A stretch of 64,000 bases of DNA. Origin: an uncultured virus (IMG/VR IMGVR_UViG_3300030329_002238). Its lineage: Duplodnaviria; Heunggongvirae; Uroviricota; Caudoviricetes. A model generated the notes under the pieces. That model saw only the letters and a list, made by a program, of their open reading frames with translations, made no database searches and was not told the DNA's origin. Shown here piece by piece: positions 34,589 to 45,000 of this stretch (position 1 is its first letter; each line of letters opens with the position of its first letter). Made by a program: the position numbers and the translations under genes. The DNA is taken from IMG/VR virus record IMGVR_UViG_3300030329_002238; one strand, written 5' to 3'.

Positions 34589-37245
34589 TATCTTACCAAC
34601 CATTCTTCAACTGAGTCTGAGACATCTCTCATTTTTATCCAGTTAGTTCCTGTTTGTTGTCCTTTCTTCATTCTTAATTTACCCATCAAACCTACTGTGT
34701 CCCATTCTTTTCTATTTTCTCTTTCTACATAAGTTAGTGAGTCATTATAACTAGCATTTAGCTTTCTTCTCATTAATGTATTGCCTTTATCATCTTTTGT
34801 TCTGCCGTCTGCTGCTGTATAAGTTTCCATAATATATCTTCCGTAGTCATCTTTCTCGTATTTGTCAGCCCATCTAGTATACGCTGCATCTCCTACTACT
34901 GCGGGATTTCCAGAGATAACTCCTATAATATTATCTGCTGAATCACTACCCGTAGCTTCTCTTATTTTGTTTCCATCTAAAACAACTGATAAGCCTATTC
35001 TATCTTGTGAACTGGCATTGCCATCAGACCACTCAAAATACTCTGCATAGTCAGCTCCTCCTCCTGTCCAAGAGCCATCTGCATAAGCCTCACCATCACC
35101 TCTAAGTTGGAATTCTAAATCGCCACCACCGTTATCAGCTCGTCTTCCTGAGTACAAATTAAAGAATTTATAAGCCGAACTTCCGCTTCTTTCCACCCCA
35201 AAAACGGATTGTGGATCAGCAAGACCAGTATTCATTATATACTGTGTATTAGTTGTAGTAGTATTTACTATGGATAATTTTCCTGCATCATAGTTCTGTG
35301 TCGTACTAGTTCCTAGCCCTACGTGTCCACTAGAAGCAATACGCATAGCTTCATCTAAAGTTGTATCATCTTGAGAAATGTAAAAAGCTAAAGCTGCATT
35401 AGCAACGCTATCATTTCCATCTTCTTTTAATCCTGCTATAGCAGCACCAGTTATAGGGTTTGTTTCATCATCTGGTATTTGAAACTCTAATCTTGGTCCT
35501 GCTCCTGCCCCACCATTTGCACCTGTACTAGCATATTTTGTTGCAAGAGTAAGAACTGTATCAGGAGAGGTTGTAGTATCACTAGATAAATTTGTAAGAA
35601 TATCTAATGGAACACTAGGACTTGCAGTTCCTATGCCTACGTTTCCACCATTAAAATATGAAGCTCCATTAGCATTGAAAACATTTTTTAAATTGCCTTG
35701 AGAATATTGTCCTACCCAATTATCATCAACACCAGTACCACTAGAAGCACCTGCTCCTAGAAACATTAAAGTTTCATCATTTGATTCAATTCTAAATCCA
35801 TTAGTTGCACCTTCTGTTACAAGAACCATATCTCTTGCAGGGCCCGTAGTACCAAAACCTACCCTTCCTGTGCTTCTAAATACTACAGAATGAGTTGAAC
35901 CTGCATCTTTACTAAAATATAAATCACTATATTGTATTAATAAGTTACCAGTGCCAGTATCTGTTATATATGAGTCAGAACCATCGTGATAGATTTGTAA
36001 ATCACCACCAGATGCCGAGCCTATCTCTAGTTTAACATTATCATTTAATATAAGATCGCCAGTCATTGTGCCGCCTGCTAAAGGTAAGTAGTTGGTTGCT
36101 ACTTCTTCGGCCCAAGAGATGTCTGTACCATCAGAGGTTAATACAGTTCCGGCAGATCCAACGGTTAGTGCAGCAGGGTTGCCACTACTATCACCATATA
36201 TTATTTTTCCACGAGCAAGTCCCGCCATCTTCGCCAAAGTTACCTGATCATCTGCTATCTTCGCGGTCGTTACAGCGTCATCTACTATAGAAGCTGTTAC
36301 TACGGCACTCGAAGCGAGCTGATCTGCACCTACAGCATCGTCCGCGATCTTAGCTTGTGTAACATTATCATCAACTATTGATGCTGTTACTACTGCACTC
36401 GCAGCTAATTGGTCAGCTCCTACTGCATCATCAGCAATTTTAGCTTGTGTAACATTGTCATCTACAATTGATGCTGTTACTACAGAGTTAGAAGCTGGTG
36501 TATTAACTTCTGTCTGTGTATGAGTTATACATTCAATAGCAACTCCACTAGCGGGGGCTGTAGAAAATGTTAATGTAGTACCAGATACAGAATAAGTACT
36601 CTTATGTTGATACACACCATCGAGGAATACCATGGTGTTGTTCTCATGTAGTGGGTCTGTACCTAAAGTAAATGTCGTGTCTGAGCCGTCTCCAGTAAAA
36701 TTATTCTGAGATAAACTATCTCCATTAACGGCGGCAGTTATGTTATATACAATTATTTCCCTGCTGTTTGCTGGGGCGGCAGAAAACGTTAGGGTAGTAC
36801 CACTTACACTATAAGCACTCTGTGTTTGGAAAACACCTTCAATAAATACTATTAAATCATTTTCAGTAGCTGGTGCTTTACTTAGAGTAAAAGCTGTAGT
36901 TGATCCATCTCCAGTAAATGCCTGTCTTGTAAAGGCATCAGACATAGCATCGTTTACTACATCTGTTAGTAATGCAGCATTTAGCCTTAGCTCTATATCA
37001 TCTCCTGAAGACCAGGCCCTAGCTGTAGTATCATCTTGGGCTCTTACTACAGTCCAATTAGTACCCGATACAGCTGTAACTTTAACTACTTCTAAGTTTG
37101 TAGCATCATCTAAAGTAGCATAGAAATAATCTGATCCACTCAATGAGGGGAAACCAGAACTACTTGCTACTGGTATAGTTGTTACACTGTTATTTATTCC
37201 AGAAGATATAGTAGTTTTAGCGTTGTTTGTATATTTAACGCCCAT
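34588..37245 (-). CDS. Tail fibre with C-terminal peptidase G2/IMC-type autoproteolytic domain
   Basis: FTGDGSTT repeats, GNVGIGT; GADYAEYFEW...IIGVIS...RKEWDTVGLMGK. Confidence 0.85.
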   Translation of the reverse strand: MGVKYTNNAKTTISSGINNSVTTIPVASSSGFPSLSGSDYFYATLDDATNLEVVKVTAVSGTNWTVVRAQDDTTARAWSSGDDIELRLNAALLTDVVNDAMSDAFTRQAFTGDGSTTAFTLSKAPATENDLIVFIEGVFQTQSAYSVSGTTLTFSAAPANSREIIVYNITAAVNGDSLSQNNFTGDGSDTTFTLGTDPLHENNTMVFLDGVYQHKSTYSVSGTTLTFSTAPASGVAIECITHTQTEVNTPASNSVVTASIVDDNVTQAKIADDAVGADQLAASAVVTASIVDDNVTQAKIADDAVGADQLASSAVVTASIVDDAVTTAKIADDQVTLAKMAGLARGKIIYGDSSGNPAALTVGSAGTVLTSDGTDISWAEEVATNYLPLAGGTMTGDLILNDNVKLEIGSASGGDLQIYHDGSDSYITDTGTGNLLIQYSDLYFSKDAGSTHSVVFRSTGRVGFGTTGPARDMVLVTEGATNGFRIESNDETLMFLGAGASSGTGVDDNWVGQYSQGNLKNVFNANGASYFNGGNVGIGTASPSVPLDILTNLSSDTTTSPDTVLTLATKYASTGANGGAGAGPRLEFQIPDDETNPITGAAIAGLKEDGNDSVANAALAFYISQDDTTLDEAMRIASSGHVGLGTSTTQNYDAGKLSIVNTTTTNTQYIMNTGLADPQSVFGVERSGSSAYKFFNLYSGRRADNGGGDLEFQLRGDGEAYADGSWTGGGADYAEYFEWSDGNASSQDRIGLSVVLDGNKIREATGSDSADNIIGVISGNPAVVGDAAYTRWADKYEKDDYGRYIMETYTAADGRTKDDKGNTLMRRKLNASYNDSLTYVERENRKEWDTVGLMGKLRMKKGQQTGTNWIKMRDVSDSVEEWLVR

Positions 37246-37259
37246 TACTTATTCTCCTA

Positions 37260-37697
37260 TTAACTAACCGTAACAGTCCAAGTTATAGTCATAGAGTCAG
37301 AAGCTCCTTTATTTACAACATTAAACTCAGTTCTACACAACATAGTACCACTAGAGCTAGCATTAAAAATACCAGCTTCAGTAAGTGCTCCAGTACCTTC
37401 TCCAGCACTAAAAGCACAAACATAAGTAACTACAGCACCAGATACAGAAGCAGAAGTAGTAAAAGCTTTTCTACTACCTACTTGAGTTTCCAGAGCAGTG
37501 TCACCAGCAGCGGGGTCAGTCGTTCCAGTTCCAACAGCCATGTGAGTCATGACACCAGAACTGGTACCAATCATCCTGGAGGCTACAAAACCTTTACCCG
37601 CAGTAACTACTAAGTTGTCGATGTCTCTTACAAGTTCGCCGTTAAGCTCGATCTTTAAGTGACCCTTCATTTTTAGTTGCTCATTTACGTTTGACAT
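37260..37697 (-). CDS. Tail structural protein
   Basis: NLVVTAGK...HMAVGTGTT.P...DTAL...LTEAGIFNA pattern. Confidence 0.7.
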   Translation of the reverse strand: MSNVNEQLKMKGHLKIELNGELVRDIDNLVVTAGKGFVASRMIGTSSGVMTHMAVGTGTTDPAAGDTALETQVGSRKAFTTSASVSGAVVTYVCAFSAGEGTGALTEAGIFNASSSGTMLCRTEFNVVNKGASDSMTITWTVTVS

Positions 37698-37720
37698 TTA
37701 TTTTTCCTCTTTAATTTAAA

Positions 37721-38692
37721 TTAAGAATTTAAGGTAAATATATTAAGCGCAGACTGATTAAGTTTGGCTCCTTTACCTATTACCAATTCTACCAATATTG
37801 ACTCAGAAATCGTAGCACTATCTGCAAAAGAAGTACTAAAAGATATCGCTGGGGAATCAGATACTGATGGAGTCTCAGCAAATGTAGTGCTGAAACTAAT
37901 CGCAGCTGATTCTGACAACGATGGTGTATCTGCTAGAGTACTAGCATAAGCCATAACATGAGATAACGCATCTGACATAGTCACAGCATTACTCTTATTA
38001 ACACCTACGTCTGTACGCAGATCATCCGAAGCACTTGCTGTGTCATCAAGTGCGGCAGAATCCGAAAAAGCTCTAACAAAGGTATTAACTAGCGTGGGTG
38101 AATCACTAGTTGATACTGAATCTGATTTACTTGCCTCTATCCCTAGGGACGGTGCATCAGTTACAGTAGGGGTCTCTGTTAGAGCTTTAGAAAAATTATA
38201 CACACTGCTTTCTAAAATAGAAGCAGAATCTGAAACAGCTTTACTAACAGCAAAACTTTGAATACTTTCAGACATAGTAGCAGTTTCAGCAAAGGCTCTT
38301 TCAAAAGTTAATAGGGTGGAGAAACTATCCGAAAGAGATAAGGTCTCAGCTGTAGTACTAGAGAACCCTTTAAATACACTTTCTGTTAATTGGGCTGCTT
38401 CACTAAATGATTTAGAGGTAGAAAGAGCAGGGCTATCAGTTAAAGTAACTAAACCTCTTCTAGTAGAACCATCTAACTCATACTGACCAACATCAGCAAG
38501 GAACCATTGGTTTAATGAGTAAGAATCAATAAGTATCTCTGAGGCTGTTAAGTTCCTATAATCTGTAACAGTTCTTAAGTATAAGTACTGAGAAATAGCG
38601 CGTAGATTTACATAAGACGCAACAGAAGCAGTAGCGCTAGTATCTACTACAGCCTTTAGCTGTCTATAACTAACTACCGCTTTAAACGCCAT
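37721..38692 (-). CDS. Ser/Thr-rich repetitive tail-associated protein
   Basis: About 16-residue SDS/SES repeats. Confidence 0.7.
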   Translation of the reverse strand: MAFKAVVSYRQLKAVVDTSATASVASYVNLRAISQYLYLRTVTDYRNLTASEILIDSYSLNQWFLADVGQYELDGSTRRGLVTLTDSPALSTSKSFSEAAQLTESVFKGFSSTTAETLSLSDSFSTLLTFERAFAETATMSESIQSFAVSKAVSDSASILESSVYNFSKALTETPTVTDAPSLGIEASKSDSVSTSDSPTLVNTFVRAFSDSAALDDTASASDDLRTDVGVNKSNAVTMSDALSHVMAYASTLADTPSLSESAAISFSTTFAETPSVSDSPAISFSTSFADSATISESILVELVIGKGAKLNQSALNIFTLNS

Positions 38693-39066
38693 TAATCAAA
38701 ATCCGATCTTACTATAAACTTAATTAAATCTTGTACTGTTTGTACTTTACTATTTGAATCTGTGTACTCTATCTCACCCTCATACGTACCTGCAGTAGGG
38801 AAAGTAGCAGTAGTAAACAACACAGTACAAGTACCAGCAGAAGCATTTGTTAATGTTGCTGTTAAAGTACTTGTAATGGTTGTAGATCCAACTTCTCTTA
38901 CTCTAAGTTTAACGCTACCACTAGTTAAATTAACTGCACCCCATGTTGATGAATCTTCTTCATCTAGGGTCTTACCAGTAGCGGCAGTATTGCTATCCTT
39001 AAGATTAAAAGTAAGCTCTGGGTAAGTATCTCCAGTAACTAATTTTATTGTCGTTGAATATGCCAT
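38692..39066 (-). CDS. BppU-N-like tail protein
   Basis: GDTYP.L...AVNLT...GTYEGEIE. Confidence 0.65.
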   Translation of the reverse strand: MAYSTTIKLVTGDTYPELTFNLKDSNTAATGKTLDEEDSSTWGAVNLTSGSVKLRVREVGSTTITSTLTATLTNASAGTCTVLFTTATFPTAGTYEGEIEYTDSNSKVQTVQDLIKFIVRSDFD

Positions 39067-39085
39067 ATTATCTCCAAATTAAAAT

Positions 39086-42000
39086 CTACCAAAGGGTGTA
39101 GTATACAGGAACTTGTTCCTTCCAGAATCTTGAATCAAGAGGACCATATTTAAATAGGTCGAAAACTTTACCAGAAGTAGGACCTAATATATCTGCCCCT
39201 GTTTCATACGGCCCACCAAAACTATGATCACCAGGTAGTAATGGGAAAAGTATCCCAAAAGCCCCCAAAATTCCACTCCTATCAATAAGCTCCGCAAACC
39301 ATGTACCCCAATCCATATTATCCGTGTGAAAGTGTTGATCCTTCATCTCTACTCCAGGTAATGGTCCAGCTAATACATATTTAATCCATTCTTTTAATTC
39401 TAGCCCCATTATAGTTAAAGGTAAAACAGTAAAAGCCATCATAGTTAAAGGAACAGCGGCCCCTCCAATACCTTGCTCTCTAAACCTATTTTTTATCTCT
39501 CTATATTGCCCCATAACTATAGTTTGCCCATATGCATAGAAGAAACCTTTAAGCTGCCAAACTAAAGCAAAATAAGGGTTACTAGCCCATGTAGGTCTTT
39601 GAGCTGCATTAGGTCTAATTATTGATTCATTAACAAATTGATAAATAGCTTGAGATGCTTTTTCACCTTCAGGAGTATTAAAATCAAACCCACTTTTCTC
39701 CCAAGCCAATACTTCTGCCCTTGTTATATTAAGCTGTTCTAACCAACGGTCAGTAGTTACCCTATCAGTTAACACATCATGTGCAGTACTAACTAAAAAT
39801 CTTTTACCCATACCTGCAGCAAATACCCTAGTAAACCTAGTGAATTGATCTAACATTATTGCTTTAAAGAAATAGTCTGTTAACCTTTTGGAGTTAGGGG
39901 TCATATAATCCATTTCAGCTGCATGTATATACATCATAGATAATGAATCTTGAGTAATGGCACCAACATCTAAAGCAAACTGTACTGCTGCATCTTTATC
40001 ATTAAAATATTGTCTATACTCTTTAGCCGCATTTTGAAAAGAATTAAAAGAATTACTACGTAAAAGTGGACCAGCTAAATCTGGAAAAGACGCAAGTACA
40101 GCAAAAGTTAAAGTTGTAAATACGTTTGCAGCTATTCCCCAACTATTAATTTTTCTAGCTAAAGGGTCCATAGGAGTACCAAGTTTACCTAGCATTGCTC
40201 TTATAGCTTCCCTAGCTTTAGGCTGCTGGTGGGGTTCAAGTTTGCTAATTTTACTCTCAAACCACGCTGCACCACCCACTCTTTCGTACTCTACTCTTTT
40301 AGTAATAGCCCTTAAGTAATTCATGGTTGCTGTAAAACCATCTTCTAGTACACCTATTTCTCTTAATTCACTAGTAGCAAATCCATAGGCTTTGTAAATT
40401 GGGTTACCGTCCTCATCAACTTGTTCAACTCCGTTTTCATTCACAGCTGGTGAAATTTCATACTTCATAGTACGGGCTAATGCATTAGGTAGCCCCAACT
40501 TAATAGATTTAGAATCTATATCTTGCTCATGTTTTGATAATGCATCAGTAAGATTATCATTTGGGTCTCTACTAAGTATATCTAAAACAAATAATTCAGC
40601 CCATTCTTCAGGTGTAACCCTCTGCGCTTCTACGCCTTCAGGTGTCCTAAGCCCCTCATAAACTACAAGACCATCTATATCTGGTCTTATTTCCCCTCGC
40701 GTCCCTTTGTTACTTTTTATACGCCCTTCTCTTAGTTTATTTGCTACATAATTAACAAAAGCATTTCTAAGACCATCATCATTTGCCATATCCCATACTT
40801 TTAATGACCTACTAAAATAACTAGCAACACCAATTTCTTTACCTTTTCTATCTCTTAATATAGTTTCAAGGAACTTGGGTGAATCTTCAAATTCAACTTC
40901 TTGCAAATAAGGATATAATACGTTCCTTTTCCACATCCTTAACTTATGCCCCATAGGACTTAATTTAGAAAGTTTTTCATCTGAGATTCTTTCATCTTCT
41001 GCATAGGCAAATGCCTTATCATGTTTCTCAGTAAACTGCCTACTAAACATCCTGTTTACATCTAGTTCAAGTATCTTAGCTAGTTGATTATTGAACTGAG
41101 AGAACTTTCTATCTTTGGCATCAAGTAATCCTAATTCTTGACCTTTTTCTGCTACTGTTCTTGATCTACGTTGTATTCTATTCGCCATCTCCCTGCCTAC
41201 AGGGTTACCTTCTTTATCTTTCATACGCCCCAAAAAACTAGAAGCAGGTTGAACAATTTTTGCGAGGAATGAAGCCCCATTAGGATTATTTCTAACAATC
41301 TCGTTATATTTCTTAGCTGTTTCTTTTCTTACAGTTTTCCAAGCAGCTTTTGCTAAACCAAAATTATTTCTTTCTGCCTCAACAACTTCTTCAACCATGT
41401 TAAACAAGTGTTCTTTTTCTTCAAATCCTAAATAACCCCGCTGAAATTCAAGGTTCTTTGTTGCCTTAAATGACTTAGCTAAATCATCTGCAAACTCATT
41501 GAAAGCTTCACTAGGAACAAATCTCCCTGCAAAAATCTTATCTGCTGCTACACCTTCCATAAGTTTAGTCCAAGCTCTTTTTATTTTATTTGCTAATCGT
41601 GCAAAAAAACCTTCTGCAAAATTTTGAGGTTTAGTTTTTCTACCGTCCCTAAGAGTTTTTATTAACCAGGCTGCAGTTTGATCAGCGAACCACTCTTCAA
41701 AACCTTTTGTTTGATCTTCGACTCTTCCAGGCTCCTCGTTCCTATATCTAGTGTTAAGAGGTTGAGCTGCTTTAAAGTCTTTCCATATTTTTTCTTTTAC
41801 GCCCTTATTAAAATGTAAACTGTCTAACTCGTTAAAAGCTATAACGTGCCCAAGCTCATGAGCTAAAGCGATCATAACCTGTGCAGAACCTAATAGATCT
41901 TTTTGAGTTTTATTTAATTTAGCATAATCATCTGCTCGGATATTAGAGGGTCTCCCTGTTCTTGCAGAATATGTATCTATTACAATAATATACTCCTTGT

Positions 42001-45000
42001 CCCCCCTCATCTTAAAGGTCGCCCCTCTTTGGCCCCATTTATTTTTCTGTTTCTCCTTCCATAATTTATTTAAAACTCTTTCTGTCTTACCATCCCTATA
42101 TAGAAGCTTTAATAATGCATCTTCTCTTTTACGCTTAGTATTCCACTCTGGATTAATGTCATCGTAAGTTAAAAAAGTTAGGTTTGCTTTTATACCAAAA
42201 AATTTAAATTTCTTAAGAAGAGCTAACATAGGCCCACTATATTTACCCATAGACTCTTTGAATGCTTTACTAGTACTAACAAGTTGTTTACCTGCCTCCC
42301 TAGTATCTTTTGTGCCTATTGCGTCTTGGTCTACTCTTAAGCCCCCTATAAGCCCCTCTTTTACATATTCTGGTATAAAGCTCCTAGAAGATGCTTGTAA
42401 AGAACCTGGGTTTAACTTTTCACTAAGCCTTATTTGTGCTCTAAACTCTGCTTCTCTTTTTGCTGTTGGCATGTCTGAAAGCTCACCTAGAATTGAATCC
42501 GCTATTTCTGGATCAGATTCTCCTGTATCTGGATCCATTTCTATATCTTGTGTATTTATTGAATAGCCGTTTTTTTCAGCATAGTCTTGTAGTGTTACTA
42601 TTATAAATTTATAGTCTTCAACGCTGTCTACAATTGTTTCACCTGGCGTAAACTCATTAGTAGGTTGAAGATATATAGTCTCCGGAGATAACTTATCTAT
42701 ATCTGGCATTATTTCAACATACAGAGGTTTATACTGCTCCCAATTAGTATTTAAAACATTTTCATCACTATTTTTACCCCAAGAATTTTCTATAATTTCA
42801 TTTATTTGTTTTTCTCTGTTTTCTGATATTTCTCTAGGTCCAGCTATATTAACTGTGTCTATATTATGGGCTTTTAACCACACCCATATTTTTTCCTGAC
42901 TTTGAGGATTAACTAAAGTGGGCTTACCGAGCTCCCTAGCTTTTCTTATAGTGTAACCAGTTCCAGGAGTTATACCCGATCCATCACCTTCAGTAAAAAC
43001 TAAAGTTCCATCACTATTTATAATATTTTTATCGGTACGATCGTTATAGTTATCACTTTCTGCTTCTTCTAAACCAAGATCTTGTAGTTTCTTAGCATGC
43101 GTTGCTGGATTGGTGGCAGCACTCCTATACCCTAATGGGGCCGTGCCACCAGTCTCTATTCCTACTTTTTTAGCTGCATTTAACCCTATAAAATCAACGC
43201 CTGTTTGCCCACCACTAATAATTTTGCTAGGTTTTATGGCTTTGCCCCGGCTTTCTATTGCGCTCCTTGTCTCTTCAAGTGACTCCTTCCGGCGCTCTGC
43301 AAACTTATCATTTACTTCCGTTTCTAAATCTTCATAAGCCTGAAAATTACCCCATATTATACCGTCCAACTTTGTTAGAGGTACTTCACCTGTCTGAAGT
43401 TGTTCATTAACTATAGTATGCATAAGGGCTCTTATTTGTTCTCTATAATTTTTTATAGTCTCTAGACCTATGGCGTCAGCCGGTAATTTACCAGTTATAC
43501 CATACAAGTCAGCAAATGTAGCTCGTTTACCTAGTTTATAGTTAGAAGAAACTGCAGCCCTAGATTGAAGAAATATTTCTGGTGTAGCGTCTACAAGAGC
43601 TACAGAAGGAAGTAATGTATCCGTATCTTTATATTCTTTTTCTTCCTGTTTAGAAAGTTTTTTAAACTTATGGGTGTATAGTGGGTCATTACTATATCCA
43701 AAAGGTTCCTCTTGTTTTTTTAATTTAGTATCATGTATATTGGCATACCAACGCCCCGGTCTATAGTCTGCGTAGTTTACAGTATCAGTTTGTTCATAAA
43801 ATTTTACCCCATTCAGTCTATACTCATTATATTGTAGATGTGGTTGCTTCTGCTTTTCTAAAGTTTTAGGATAAGGGTTTTCTGTCCATTCAACATAAAT
43901 CCCGTGATTACCTACTAACAACCTAGAAAATTTAGGACCAAATATTTCTTTAAGTCGTGCTTTTATACCAGCAGCAACTTTTATAGTTGAATTGTCTTTT
44001 TGTATAGTAGCTTTTTTTAAAGTGGGGTAAGATCTTTTTAAGCCCTCTAAATGGGTTTTTCTTATACCTAAATTTATTTCTTCTATTTCTGCTTCAGAGT
44101 ATTCTTCTAAATATTTTAACCTATGTATAAAGCGCTGGTACAGTGGAACACCTCTATCTCCACCACCAGTTCTACCACCATACATAAACATGTTTGTATA
44201 GAAGTCGTTATAATCGAAGTGAATATAGTTTAATTCTTCAAATGCATCAAAAGCTTCTCTTTGGCTATTAAAACCTTCTGCCTTAAAGTCTTCTTTAATA
44301 ATCTCTTGAACTTTCTTTTGTTTGGGTTCCTCTATTAATCTATATAAACCAGCGTCTTTATCTTTTGCTATTCTAAATACATCTCCTTTCTCTCCTAATT
44401 TAGAACGCCTAGAAGTCATAGTTTTTTTACCAGATTTAACTAATTCCGCTGGCTCTGTAAAAGAAACTACAATTTCTTTTGTAGTGCTGGGCTTACTAGG
44501 TCTTACCCTAAAATCATATCCATATTTAGCTCCTAAAGCTAATACCGTCAATAAAGATGCCTGTCTAAAATCTCTATCCCCCTCTATAAACTTACCAAGC
44601 ATGTTACTTTGATTGACTGTAGTACCATACTTAGCAAATCCTAAAGGCATATGAATAATTTTTTCCTCTGCCCTAGAAAAGTTTTGTAATTTTTCATCGT
44701 AGGCTTTTTCTAAAAATAGAACTCTTTCAACAAACTCTGTTTTTATATCTTTCCTTCTTCTATCTTTTTTAGCTTTTTTAAACTCTGAAACTACTATTCC
44801 TTCTATACTTTCTCTTTCTGTTTTCTCTCTAAATTCTAAAGCTTTGTCTTCCGCCTTTTTTTTGCCTTCAGGAGTAAGCATAGTAAAGAAAGCTTCTCCT
44901 CTCATTCTTTCAGCGTCTGCATCTGTTTCTTTACCACTTACAGTAGCTGCGGCAAAAAACCTCTTAGTGAACTCTTCCTCAGTGATTGGTAACGGGCCCC

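Noticed and set aside
31062..37245. Diversity-generating retroelement acting on tail fibres
   Set aside because: There is no reverse transcriptase, and the repeated segments differ at synonymous sites rather than specifically at adenines.
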